Below are positions 1 through 9,498 of a stretch of DNA of 64,000 bases, one piece after another (the first letter of the stretch is position 1; the number at the start of each line of letters is the position of its first letter). Source of the DNA: an uncultured Chloroflexia bacterium. Lineage in GTDB: Bacteria > Chloroflexota > Limnocylindria > Limnocylindrales > CSP1-4. The stretch spans positions 34,841-98,840 of the forward strand of contig CAWFND010000002.1 in the NCBI GenBank assembly GCA_963817095.1, read 5' to 3'. A program made the translations under genes and the position numbers. Under the pieces are notes generated by a model. That model was not told the DNA's origin. It ran no database searches and saw only the letters and a program-made list of their open reading frames with translations.

Positions 1-2118
1 CTCGGCCTGCTCGCCGGCGGCTCGATCAACAACCTCGCGAGCGTTCGGCTTCGCTGGGTGGGCGTGCTGCTCCTGGCGGTGATCCTCCGCTATGCCACGG
101 AATACCTGCTGATCCGTGGCAGCGCGGTCGTCGATGCCCTTCGGCTGCCGCTGTTCGTGACGGCGTTCGGGCTGCTTCTCGCCGCGCTCTGGGTCAACCG
201 GACGCAGCCAGGTCTGCGGATCGCGTTCGTGGGGATCCTGCTGAACACGGTCGCGATCATCGCCAACGCCGGCCACATGCCGATCTGGCTGCCGAGCCTG
301 CAGGCCGCCGGGTTCCAGCCGTCGGACGTGACGCCGTTCCACGTCCTCCTGGCCTCCGGCCTGAACCTCGAGTTCCTGCGGCATGCCGGCCCCATCGCGG
401 ACATCCTGCCGATCCCGCTCCCGCTGATCCAGAACGTCGCCTCGATCGGCGACGTCTTCCTGACCGCCGGCCTCGGCTTCTTCCTGTTCGCGACCGTCGT
501 CCGATCCCAAGACGAGCCTGCCGAGGAGCCCGAGGAGGCCGGCGAACGACACCTGACGGGTCTCGCGGCCACGTCGCGGATGCCGCGCAGCGTCTCGAGC
601 GCGATGGGCGGCCAGCGCATCCGGCCGGGCACGGGCCTGGCCCCCGGCCTGACCGAGACGGCAGCCCTGGACCGACCGCTCATCTTCGGGACGCCCGGGA
701 CCGGCCTCGCGGGGCCGAGCTCCGGGCAGGTCGAGCTCGTGGGCCGCCCGGGCAGGTTCAGCGCGTCGGCGTTCCGGGGGCAGGTCATCGCGCTGGCTCC
801 GGTGCCGGCCGCCGGAACGGTCCCGTTCGACGACGGCGTCGCGATTCCGGGGCGGCCGCGGGTCGAGGTCGGCGAGCGGGTCCGCCACCACCCGTACGTG
901 CGACTCGCCCTGAACGGCTCGTTCTCCGCCCTCTGGACCGGCCAGTTCATCAGCCTGTTCGGCGATCGGATCCACCAGATCGCGCTGACGTTCCTCGTGG
1001 CCGGGGTGACGGACTCGCCGCTCGCCGTCGCCTTCGTCTTCGTCGCGGCCACGATCCCGAACCTGTTGCTCTCGCCGATCGCGGGCACGTACGTCGACCG
1101 CTGGAACCAGCGTGACGTGATGATCGTGAGCGACCTGCTGCGCGCGGCGCTCGTCCTGATGATCCCGATCGCGGCTGCCGCGAACATCTACCTCGTCTAC
1201 CCGTTCGTCTTCCTCATCACCTCGATCTCGATCTTCTTCCGTCCAGCTCGGGTGGCGGTCCTCCCGCGGATCGTCCGCCGCGACGAGCTCCTGACCGCCA
1301 ACTCGGCGATGTGGGCCGGAGAGACGTTCGCGGACGTCATCGGCTACCCCCTGGCCGGGATCTTCGTGGCGTTCCTCGGATCGGCCCTGCCGCTGGCCTT
1401 CTGGTTCGATGCCGCGACGTACGCGGCCTCCGCGATGCTGATCGCCACGATCGCCGTCCCCGCCGTCAAACGCCGCCGATCGACGGATGCGGCCGGCGCC
1501 ACGGCGACCAGCGTCCTGGCGGAGATGCGGGAGGGCTTCCACTTCCTCCGCCGCGATACGGTCCTGTTTGCGAACACGATCCAGGCGACGTTCGCCCAGT
1601 TCGCGATCGGATCGCTGACCGCACTCACGCCGATCTTCGTGCGCGACGTGCTCGCTCCGCCGAACGTCGACCCCAAGGCGGCCTACGCGTTCCTGGAGAC
1701 GGCGATCGGCGTCGGCAACCTCGTCGGTGGCTTCGTCATCGGCCTGATCGGGGCGAGGCTGGCGAAGGGCCGGAGCGTCATCGCCGGCTACGTGATGTGG
1801 GGCGTGACGATGATCCTGTTCGCACTCAGCGGGAACCTGCTGGTCGACTTCGGGATCCTGTTCGGCGCGGGCATCGCGAACATGGTCTTCGTGATCCCCA
1901 GCCAGGTCCTGTTCCAGGAACGAACACCAGCCGACATGATCGGTCGCGTCGTGGGCTTCCGGTTCGCGCTCGTCTTCGGGTCGATGACGCTGGCAATGGC
2001 CCTCGGCGGCCTGGCGGCGCAGGCCGTCGGGACGGTCCCGGTGCTCGTCGTGAGCGGCCTGATCTCGATCGCGGCCGGTCTGGCCGGCCTGCTCGTGCCG
2101 CCGCTGCGAGACGCGTGA
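1..2118 (+). CDS. Fusion of a DUF5317-like small membrane domain with a 12-TM MFS transporter; the 5' end may lie upstream of the window
   Basis: The frame of ORF 58..2118 stays open back to nt 1. The N-terminal ~150 aa are short TM helices (AIIANAGHMPIW...). Residues ~285-686 look MFS-like (LWTGQFISLFGDRIHQIAL, DRWNQRDVMIVSDLLRA). GC3 stays high across the ~130-aa linker, so the fusion is in frame as sequenced. Confidence 0.7.
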   Translation, partial: LGLLAGGSINNLASVRLRWVGVLLLAVILRYATEYLLIRGSAVVDALRLPLFVTAFGLLLAALWVNRTQPGLRIAFVGILLNTVAIIANAGHMPIWLPSLQAAGFQPSDVTPFHVLLASGLNLEFLRHAGPIADILPIPLPLIQNVASIGDVFLTAGLGFFLFATVVRSQDEPAEEPEEAGERHLTGLAATSRMPRSVSSAMGGQRIRPGTGLAPGLTETAALDRPLIFGTPGTGLAGPSSGQVELVGRPGRFSASAFRGQVIALAPVPAAGTVPFDDGVAIPGRPRVEVGERVRHHPYVRLALNGSFSALWTGQFISLFGDRIHQIALTFLVAGVTDSPLAVAFVFVAATIPNLLLSPIAGTYVDRWNQRDVMIVSDLLRAALVLMIPIAAAANIYLVYPFVFLITSISIFFRPARVAVLPRIVRRDELLTANSAMWAGETFADVIGYPLAGIFVAFLGSALPLAFWFDAATYAASAMLIATIAVPAVKRRRSTDAAGATATSVLAEMREGFHFLRRDTVLFANTIQATFAQFAIGSLTALTPIFVRDVLAPPNVDPKAAYAFLETAIGVGNLVGGFVIGLIGARLAKGRSVIAGYVMWGVTMILFALSGNLLVDFGILFGAGIANMVFVIPSQVLFQERTPADMIGRVVGFRFALVFGSMTLAMALGGLAAQAVGTVPVLVVSGLISIAAGLAGLLVPPLRDA

Positions 2119-2214
2119 CCTTCGGTACACTGGCGCCCGCACTCCGCGCCCGGACCTGATGCAAGCTCGCCGACCGGCGCTGCGGTGCGCCCGATACAGG
2201 AGCGACACGACCGG

Positions 2215-2985
2215 ATGACCGAACCGAAGGACAGCGCGCCCGAGGGAGCGAACGGCGGCGCGGGCGGCGGCGACGACGCGGCCCGAGCCGAGGCCGAGGC
2301 TGCCGCGCTGGCGGTCAACGAGGTCGACGATGGAGACGCCACGCCTGCGGAGGAGCCCGCGAAGGCCGAGCCCGAGGTTGCGCCCGAGCGGGAACCGGAG
2401 CCCGAGCCGGCGGAGGACGATGCGACCGAGGCCGACGAGCCCGACGAGGATGACGGCCTCGACGATGACGAAGCGGCCGACGAGGACGAGGAGCCCGCGA
2501 ACGCCCTGCCTGTCAGCGCCGCGGCGGCTGCCGCAGCCGCAGCCGCCTCGCCGACGGGTCGATCGGCCCGCGAGGCGCGCGAGGCCCGCGCGGCCGCCGC
2601 GTCCCAGACGATCCCGATCGATCCGTCGATCCGGATCCGCGACAACGCGTCGAAGTGGTTCGTCATCGGCACGCTCGTCGTGTTCGGCGTGATCTTCCTC
2701 AACGGGATGCTGCTCGGCACCGGCGGCCTGTTCCGCCCGTACGTGTCCCCGACACCCGAGCCGACCCCCAGCGCCACGATCGCCCCGTCAGTCGCCCCGT
2801 CGGCCTCGGTTGCGCCATCGGGCTCGCCGGTCGCGTCGGGGTCGGTGGCGCCGTCGAGCTCGGCAGCCGCCCCGTCGACGTCGATCGCGCCATCGGCGTC
2901 GGTCGCACCGTCGGCCCCGGGGGCATCGGCTTCCGGCAGTCCATCGGCGCCCAGCGTCGCGCCATCGGGCTCGGCCGCCCCCTGA
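2215..2985 (+). CDS. Single-pass membrane protein with a highly acidic N-terminus and a Ser/Pro/Ala-repeat C-terminal ectodomain
   Basis: ATG 2215 has aggagc about 11 nt upstream. The N-terminal ~150 aa are rich in Asp/Glu/Ala. There is one TM helix (WFVIGTLVVFGVIFLNGMLLG). The C-terminal ~80 aa carry APSxS/SVAPS-type repeats. GC3 is high. Confidence 0.6.
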   Translation: MTEPKDSAPEGANGGAGGGDDAARAEAEAAALAVNEVDDGDATPAEEPAKAEPEVAPEREPEPEPAEDDATEADEPDEDDGLDDDEAADEDEEPANALPVSAAAAAAAAAASPTGRSAREAREARAAAASQTIPIDPSIRIRDNASKWFVIGTLVVFGVIFLNGMLLGTGGLFRPYVSPTPEPTPSATIAPSVAPSASVAPSGSPVASGSVAPSSSAAAPSTSIAPSASVAPSAPGASASGSPSAPSVAPSGSAAP

Positions 2986-3050
2986 CCGCGGCCGCCGCGG
3001 CGGCCTCGAACATCGTGCTCGGCCCGCGCGTTCGTGCGATCCTCGGACGC

Positions 3051-3728
3051 ATGACCGGGACGAGCGGTCAGATTGGCCCGGAACGATGGGCCGACGAGCG
3101 AGCGCGGATGGTGGACCGCCAGCTGCGCGCCCGCGGCATCGTGGACGGCCGCGTGCTCGCCGCGATGGCCGCGGTTCCTCGCGAAGCCTTCGTCGACCCG
3201 ACGCAGCTCCGTCTCGCGTATGCGGATGAGGCCCTGCCGATCGCGGCCGGCCAGACGATCAGCCAGCCGTACATCGTCGCGCGGATGACAGAGCTGCTCG
3301 GCGTCGGGCCCGGGGATCGCGTGCTCGAGATCGGGACCGGATCCGGGTACCAGGCGGCCGTGCTGGCGGCGATGGGCTGTCGCGTGACGACGATCGAGCG
3401 CCTTGCCGAGCTCGCCGACACCGCTCGCGAGCGGCTGGCGGGGCTGGGATACGCCGCGGCCGTCGAGGTCCGGGTCGCGGATGGAAGCATGGGGGCGCCC
3501 GAGGGGGCTCCGTGGCGGGGGATTCTCGTCGCGGCGGCGGCGCCGGCAATCCCCGATGCCCTGCGGGAGCAGCTCGATCCGGCCGGTGGGCGGCTCGTGC
3601 TGCCGGTCGGGCCACGCGATCGCCAGGAACTGATCGTCGTGATCCGTCAGGGCGCCGAGTGGGTCGAGCGGAGTGACGGCCCGGTTGCCTTCGTGCCGCT
3701 GGTCGGGGAGGCCGGGTTCCCGGACTGA
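3051..3728 (+). CDS. pcm: Protein-L-isoaspartate O-methyltransferase
   Basis: ATG 3051 lies inside ORF 2655..3728. Family motifs are present: AVPREAFV, AGQTISQPYIVARM, VLEIGTGSGYQAAVLA, GGRLVLPVG. Confidence 0.9.
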   Translation: MTGTSGQIGPERWADERARMVDRQLRARGIVDGRVLAAMAAVPREAFVDPTQLRLAYADEALPIAAGQTISQPYIVARMTELLGVGPGDRVLEIGTGSGYQAAVLAAMGCRVTTIERLAELADTARERLAGLGYAAAVEVRVADGSMGAPEGAPWRGILVAAAAPAIPDALREQLDPAGGRLVLPVGPRDRQELIVVIRQGAEWVERSDGPVAFVPLVGEAGFPD

Positions 3729-3788
3729 GTGGTCCCGGGCAGGGTCGTCCCGGGCAGAGTCGTTTCCGCCAGAGTCGTTTCCGCCAGA
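3729..3788. repeat. Four tandem 15-nt units in two sequence types (2 + 2), immediately after the pcm stop
   Basis: gtggtcccgggcagg / gtcgtcccgggcaga / gtcgtttccgccaga / gtcgtttccgccaga, read directly from the sequence. Confidence 0.8.
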
Positions 3789-4214
3789 TTCTCGCCCGGC
3801 GTCGACTACGCGCGCCGCCGGCCGAAAGCGCTGACAGATCGACGCCCCGGGTCGAGTAGGCCCGTTCCGGGCCCAAATCGAGCTGGATCCGGGACACGGT
3901 CGTGCTCAGCGGATGGGGGCAGACGCTTCCGATGGAGCCTTGTCGACGCTCGGTGGGAATCTGGCACCGAATCGGGCCGGGCCGGGCGGTAGTCGTCATC
4001 CGGCGTCGAACTGGCAGGATCCGGACAGGCCTGATCCACGCAACTGACCAGACGTGCATCCACGGACCGTTGGCGCGGCTCGCGACCGCCGAATCGGGAC
4101 CTGGGCGGTGTTGCGAGCCGCGCTCACGCTCAACCGCCGGGGTGTCCGCCCCAGATCGATGTCAAAAGGCCGCGGAGAGCCGCTTGCGGTCTCCGGATGA
4201 CCGTCTGGCCAAGT

Positions 4215-4284
4215 TGGGCAGCGGGGATTGGGGAGCGGGGATCGGGCAGCGGGGATCGGGCAGCGGGGATTGGGGAGCGGGGAG
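4215..4284 (+). repeat. Five tandem 14-nt G-rich units (YGGG[C/G]AGCGGGGAT) with ten G3-4 runs; G-quadruplex-prone
   Basis: tgggcagcggggat tggggagcggggat cgggcagcggggat cgggcagcggggat tggggagcggggag. The units are on the sense strand, ~70 nt upstream of the PIG-L start. Confidence 0.85.
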
Positions 4285-4341
4285 GCGGTGAGCCGGGACA
4301 TCCCTGCGGTGGGCGAGCGGCGAGGCCCGGAGGTCGCTCGG

Positions 4342-4347
4342 TATACT
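4342..4347 (+). promoter_or_regulatory. Candidate -10 box TATACT, 9 nt upstream of ATG 4357 (short-leader or leaderless type)
   Basis: ggTATACTcggccggccATG. The same hexamer and the same 9-nt spacing recur at 47129..47134 before ATG 47144. No clear -35 box. Confidence 0.35.
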
Positions 4348-4356
4348 CGGCCGGCC

Positions 4357-5452
4357 ATGACCCACGTGTTCGTCGCGCCGCATCCCGATGACGTTGCGCT
4401 CTCCTGCGGGGGGCTGATCGCGAGCCTCCGGGAGCTCGGCCAGAACGTGACGATCGTGACGGTCTTCTCCGGGGCTGGCGGTCGCCGGCGCGAACGGCGC
4501 ACGCCTGACCGGCTACCAGCGCGAGGCGCTCGGGTTCGGGTCCAAGACGATCTGGCCCGTCACGGAGTCCTTCAACCGGGCGCACATCCGCGCCGACTTC
4601 CCGGTCTACGGCGACCCGGACATGCTGCCCGCGTGGGCCGCGACCGACGACCGGCTCGAGGCGACACAGGGCGACGCGGACGCCGCCGCAAAGCGGTTCT
4701 GGCAGCGCTCGTCGTGGTACCGCCGGGCGAGCATCCGGAGCCAGCCGCTCGCCGGGCAGCCGCTGATGGACGAGCTCAGCACGCAGGGCCCGATCGCGAC
4801 CGAAGAGCTCGTCGACGAGGCGGCCGCCGGCGACCCGATGGCGAAGCGACGTCTCGAGGACGAGACGTTCGCGGCCTTCGCGGAAGCCTCGATCGTCTTC
4901 CTCGACCTGCCCGACGCGGTCTTCCGCGGGTACGAGAACGACGACGAGCTCCTGAACACACCCCGCGTCGACGATGCGGCGCCGTTCGACATCCTTCGCC
5001 GCGAGATCGTCCGTCTCGAGCCGCAGAAGCTGTACCTGCCGCTCGGCGTGGGCAACCACGTCGATCACCAGCTCTGTCGCGACGTCGGGGTGAGCCTGCT
5101 CGAGGAGGGCCGCCGCTGGGTCATGCCCGGTCCCGAGTACGCCGGCATCGTCACGTTCTACGAGGACTTCCCGTACGCGTGGTGGAACGACTTCACGAAG
5201 CTCGAGGACCTGCCGGCCCACGCGCTGGCGAAGGTGCCGCCGGACGTCGGCCTCGCGCCCGACTACGCGGACATCGCCGACCAGCTCGAGCGCAAGATCA
5301 CCGGCATCAACATCTACACGAGCCAGATCGAGCGGCTGTTCACGTCGACGAAGGAGATGGCGCGCCAGGTCCGCGCCAACGCGCGGAAGACGGCGCTGCT
5401 GGGAGGGACGTCGGGCTCGGCCGAGCGCTACTGGTCGACAAAGCCGGCGTAG
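4357..5452 (+). pseudogene. PIG-L/LmbE-family N-deacetylase, reading frame broken once as sequenced
   Basis: The N-terminus MTHVFVAPHPDDVALSCGG...TVFSG is in the frame of ORF 4228. The remainder (LTGYQREALGFGSK...GNHVDHQ...) is in the frame of ORF 4622..5452. Removing one G from the G4 run at 4471-4474 joins the two frames. Confidence 0.8.
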
Positions 5453-5553
5453 GCGGGCACGACAGGCGCGAGCGGGCGCGCCCGGTACCAACGAACCCTA
5501 CCGAGCGCTCGCACGGGCTGGGATGATCGGCGCATGCAGGAGCGCCTGAGCCG

Positions 5554-6837
5554 ATGCTGATGAACCTCGGCCGAGCGGACGTCTCCACGCCCGGATCGCG
5601 GCGCGCGTCGGCGATCATCGTGTTCGCCGTCGCCCTGGGCGTGGCGATGCTCGTCCGGATCGCGCTGTGGCCGACCCTCGGCCTCGTCGGCGACCTCGAC
5701 CAGTTCGTGCTGTGGGTCCACGGAATCGCGACCGCGCCGTTCTCCCACGCCTACGACCAGGACATCGCGTTCCCGCCGGTCATGGCCTACATCTGGAGCG
5801 TGCTCGCCGCAGCCGAGCCGGCCTTCCGGACCGTGACGACGTCGGCGGACCCGGCGATCCGGGCGATCATGAAGGCGCCGGCCAGCATCGCCGACCTCGC
5901 CATCGCCGGCCTGATCGCCTGGCACCTCCGCGCGACCCCGAAGTGGGCGATCGGTGGCGCCCTGCTCGTGCTCCTCCACCCGGCCGTGATCGACGTCAGC
6001 GCCTGGTGGGGCCAGTACGAGTCGATCTACGTCCTGTTCGGGGTCCTGGCGTTCGTCCTTGCCGTCCGCGGCCACTCCCTGTTCGCCGCCGCCGCGCTCG
6101 CCGTCGCGCTGATGACGAAGCCCCAGGCAGTGCCGTTCATCGTCCCGTTCGCGGCCTGGTTCCTGGCCCGTGACGGCTGGAGAGGGGCGCTGAAGGCCGC
6201 CGCGGTCGGCGCGGCGGTCGTGGCCCTGCTCTGGCTGCCGTTCATCCCGGCGGGCGGCGTCCAGGGCTACGTCCACAACCTGGCGGCGTACCAGGGCGAC
6301 GTCTACGCGATCCTGTCGCTCCGGGCGTGGAATCTGTGGTGGCTCGTCCAGGAGCTGCTCGCCGGCGGCTCATTCGTCTCGGACCAGAGCGCGATCCTCG
6401 GCCCGATCACGTTGCGCCACGTCGGGTACGCGCTCGCCCTGCTCGGCGAGCTCGCCGTCTTCGTCCTCGTCTATCGGGCCCGCTCGCCGAAGGCCCTCGC
6501 CCTCGGCCTCGCGGCGGCCGCCCTCGTCGCCTTCAGCCTGCTCACGACGATGCACGAGCGCTACGCCTTCGGTGTCCTCGCCTTCCTCCCGCTCGCGTTC
6601 CCCGACCGTCGCGTCCTCGGGCTCACGATCGTGTTCGGCGTCGCCTACACGCTCAACCTGCTCGCCGCCGCGCCGCCGTCGGAGGCGATCGGCTCGGCGA
6701 TCCCGATCGGTGGACCGCTCGGGGTGCTCGGCTCGATCACGATCCTCGCGGTCCTCGGTGGGATCCTGGTGCTCCTCGCCGACGAAGCCCGGTTCGCCAC
6801 TCAACGAGTCACCCTGATGCCGGACCTGACGCGATGA
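5554..6837 (+). CDS. Polytopic GT-C-type membrane glycosyltransferase-like protein (large class)
   Basis: Intact 427-aa ORF with about 10 or more TM helices. The N-terminal loop (DLDQFVLWVHGIA...) resembles GT-C/DUF2029 enzymes. Its stop overlaps the next gene's start (ATGA at 6834-6837). Confidence 0.65.
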   Translation: MLMNLGRADVSTPGSRRASAIIVFAVALGVAMLVRIALWPTLGLVGDLDQFVLWVHGIATAPFSHAYDQDIAFPPVMAYIWSVLAAAEPAFRTVTTSADPAIRAIMKAPASIADLAIAGLIAWHLRATPKWAIGGALLVLLHPAVIDVSAWWGQYESIYVLFGVLAFVLAVRGHSLFAAAALAVALMTKPQAVPFIVPFAAWFLARDGWRGALKAAAVGAAVVALLWLPFIPAGGVQGYVHNLAAYQGDVYAILSLRAWNLWWLVQELLAGGSFVSDQSAILGPITLRHVGYALALLGELAVFVLVYRARSPKALALGLAAAALVAFSLLTTMHERYAFGVLAFLPLAFPDRRVLGLTIVFGVAYTLNLLAAAPPSEAIGSAIPIGGPLGVLGSITILAVLGGILVLLADEARFATQRVTLMPDLTR

Positions 6838-7658
6838 CCGACACCACGCCCGACGCGACGACGACCGCGGACGAAGCCATCGCTACGCCCGAGCGGACCC
6901 TCCCTGCGCGCCTGATCCGGGTCGTCCTCGCCACGATCATCGGGCTCGAGCTCCTCTGGATCGTGTTCGTGTTCGTCCAGCAGTGGCTGACGAACCCGGC
7001 CTTCGGGCTCGACTACCGCTGGCACGTCGCCGCGGCCCAGCGCCTCCTCGACACGGGCACCCCGTACTGGCCGTGGCAGATCGCCGGGCCGTACGAGATC
7101 AGCGACGGCGCGATCCTCTATCCGCCGACCGCGTTCCTCCTGTTCATCCCGTTCATCTGGCTGCCCGCGGTCCTGTGGTGGGCGGTCCCGATCGCGATCC
7201 TCGTCGTGGGGATGGCGATGAATCGCCCGCCGCTCTGGGCGTGGGCCGTGATCGGCGGGATCGTCGCGTTCGAGAAGTCGCTGAACGTCTTCGTCTTCGG
7301 CAACCCGTCGATGTGGATCGTCGCGGCGATCGCGGCCGGCACGATCCTCGCCTGGCCGTTCGTCCTCGTCGTGGCGAAGCCGACGTTCGCCCCGATCGCG
7401 CTCCTCGGGATCCGTCACCGCTCGTGGTGGATCGCGCTGGCCGTGCTGATCGTGGTCAGCATCCCGTTCGCGGGCGTCTGGCTCGACTGGTTCAAGGTCG
7501 TGACGAACTCGAACGTCAGCCTCGTCTACAACCTGCCGACGCTGCCCCTGATGTGCGCGCCGCTCGTCGCGTGGCTAGCCGGCGTTCGACGCCCGCGCTG
7601 GACGGCGGCGAAATCGGCCGCGCAGCGCAACGACGTACCAGCGCAGGTAGTGGGGTAG
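6834..7658 (+). CDS. Small GT87/DUF2029-like polytopic membrane protein (paralog type A)
   Basis: ATG 6834 is in frame within ORF 6327..7658. The motifs AGPY..ILYPP, GNPSMWIVA and KPTFAPIALLGIRHRSWW are shared with 35770..36576. Confidence 0.7.
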   Translation: MTDTTPDATTTADEAIATPERTLPARLIRVVLATIIGLELLWIVFVFVQQWLTNPAFGLDYRWHVAAAQRLLDTGTPYWPWQIAGPYEISDGAILYPPTAFLLFIPFIWLPAVLWWAVPIAILVVGMAMNRPPLWAWAVIGGIVAFEKSLNVFVFGNPSMWIVAAIAAGTILAWPFVLVVAKPTFAPIALLGIRHRSWWIALAVLIVVSIPFAGVWLDWFKVVTNSNVSLVYNLPTLPLMCAPLVAWLAGVRRPRWTAAKSAAQRNDVPAQVVG

Positions 7659-8329
7659 CCACTTCCGGAGCTGGAAGTTGCTCTGGCCGGCGGTCCGGTC
7701 GCGCCACGTCGTCGGGATCTCGGCGACCCGCCGGCCACCGAGGGTGGCCTTGACGGTCAGCTCCAGCGCAAGCTCGAAGCCGGCGGTGCTCTCGATCGGC
7801 GTCGCCTCGAGGAACGTGCGCCGATAGAGCTTGAAGTTGTTCGTCGGGTCATGGGTGGGGACGCCGGCGATCCAGTGCAGGCTCAGCCCGGCGGTCCGGC
7901 TCATCAGCCGCTTCAGCAGCGGTCCGCCGATCTGGTGGCCGCCCTTCATGTAGCGGCTCGCGGCGACGACGTCGGCGCCGTCGTGGGCCCGCGCCACCAT
8001 CCGGTCGACGATGTGCGGCTCGTCCGAGCCATCTGCCATCGAGATGAGGACGAGGGGTCCGGTCGGTCCCGGCGATCCCCGCCTTCATCGCGTTCAGGAC
8101 GCCCCGTCCCAGGTCGTTGCGGAGGCCACGGAGAACCGGGATCTCGGCCGCGAGCCGGGCGATGACCGGAACGGTCGTGTCGCCGTCGAAGTCGTACACG
8201 ACGACGAGCTCGTGCGACGTGGCGATCCCCGCATGGAGGGCCCGGAGGACGGGCTCGACGGCCTCGCCCTCGTTGTAGACGGGCAGGACGACCGACAGCT
8301 CGGGGAGCGTCGTTCAGGAATTCGGTCAT
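7575..8329 (-). pseudogene. GT2 polyprenyl-phosphate (Dpm1/GtrB-like) glycosyltransferase, two frame breaks as sequenced
   Basis: There are three fragments. The first is MTEFLNDA, the second is PELSVVLPVYNEGE...VVVYDFDGDTT...NAMKAGIAGTDRT, and the third is LVLISMADGSDEPHIV...FKLYRR. Removing one base from the G4 runs at 8302-8305 and 8054-8057 restores a single frame. Confidence 0.85.
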
Positions 8330-8443
8330 GGGTTGAGCATAGGCATCGGTCGGTCGTTCGCGACAGCCCAACTCGGTCCGTCGGGGCCGGCGGAGAAATT
8401 CAGGGTGGCAATTTCGGCCCAAACCGTCGAAAGTGCTCCCCCC

Positions 8444-9243
8444 ATGGAGCTCGCGCCAGCGCTCAAGGTCAACCGATGGGCCGTCCCGGCCGAGCGGTTC
8501 ATCCGAAACGAGCTGCTCCTGCTCGGGATCCTCATCACGTCGGAACGGTCATGCCCCTCCTCCTCGGCGCCGCGTCGGGGGCGGTCGAGATCGCGCGGAA
8601 CGATGACTGGTCGTACCGCCGGATTGCCCTGGAGCTCTGGCAGACGGGCAAGCTCGTCTTCGACAACGTGGCCGCCCCGATGCTCATCGGCCAGATCCTG
8701 CTGGTCCAGCCTCTGCTCTGGCTGATCCACGGCGACAGCCTGGCGTTCGCCATCGGAGGATCCGATCGGGTCGCTGTTCGCGACGCTCGGCGTCTACTGC
8801 GTCGGGGCGTTCGCTGCGGCGTCAGCCGTCGGCGCCGGCGCCTGGCTCTTCGTTGGCTCCGCTCACCGTGCTGACCCTCCAGGGCCTCCTCGCATTCATG
8901 CTCATGGCGAATGCGTTCGCATTCGATGCCGGACGCTGGCGCGGCGGCGAGGACCTCGTAGGGACGAGCCTCGGGCCGGACACGATCGATGCTGGGTACG
9001 AGTGGGTGGGGTACCACGCGACGACGCCTGCGAACCTCTGGCAGCCGGATTCCAACCGCCCCGTCGTACCGCGGATGGTGGGCGGGGTTCCGGACCTGCG
9101 GCCTCGTGACGGGGTCACCGGATCCACCCGCGCACGGGCGCCTGATGGGGATCGAACGCTACCGCCTCTACCTCGTCGCAGGCCCGCTCGTCGATCTCTA
9201 CCTGTTCGGGATCGACGATCCGTCGTGCACGACGGGCCGTTAG
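8444..9243 (+). pseudogene. Membrane protein (NDDWSY motif, GT-C-associated look), reading frame changes about 4 times
   Basis: Protein-like, high-GC3 pieces occur in alternating frames. In order they are MELAPALKVNRW..LLLLGILITS, VMPLLLGAASGAVEIARNDDWSYRRIALELW.., IGSLFATLGVYCVGAF.., LAPLTVLTLQGLLAFML..GYEWVGYHATT.. and GIERYRLYLVAGPLVDLYLFG. Confidence 0.5.
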
Positions 9244-9473
9244 GTGCCCGTCGGCGAGTCCTCGATCGAGACCACGTCGGCCGAGTCCTCGGTCGAGGCT
9301 GCGGGGTCCGACCCTGGCCCCTCGGCCGGAGGAGCCGGCTGCGTCGCGGCTGTGACCTCGGGCTCGTCGCCGAAGATCGGGTTCGGTTGCGTCGTCGGCC
9401 AACCGCCGTGATCGGTCGCGCGCCCACCGCCGTACTTCTCGCGGCGTCGTTCCTGTCGATTCGGTTCTGGCAT
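9240..9473 (-). CDS. Small hypothetical protein with a basic N-terminus and an acidic C-terminus
   Basis: 77-aa ORF (MPEPNRQERRREKYGG...EDSADVVSIEDSPTGT) with reasonable GC3. It is the last gene of the minus-strand operon. No family recognised. Confidence 0.4.
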   Translation of the reverse strand: MPEPNRQERRREKYGGGRATDHGGWPTTQPNPIFGDEPEVTAATQPAPPAEGPGSDPAASTEDSADVVSIEDSPTGT

Positions 9474-9498
9474 GCGGCGATCATCGCACGCCGGTCCG

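Noticed and set aside
3902-4502. Small ORFs in the pcm/PIG-L gap (3902..4291 +, 3996..4502 -, 4162..4383 -)
   Set aside because: They have an Arg/Gly/Pro-rich composition, no coding-type third-position bias, and partly consist of the translated G-rich tandem repeat.
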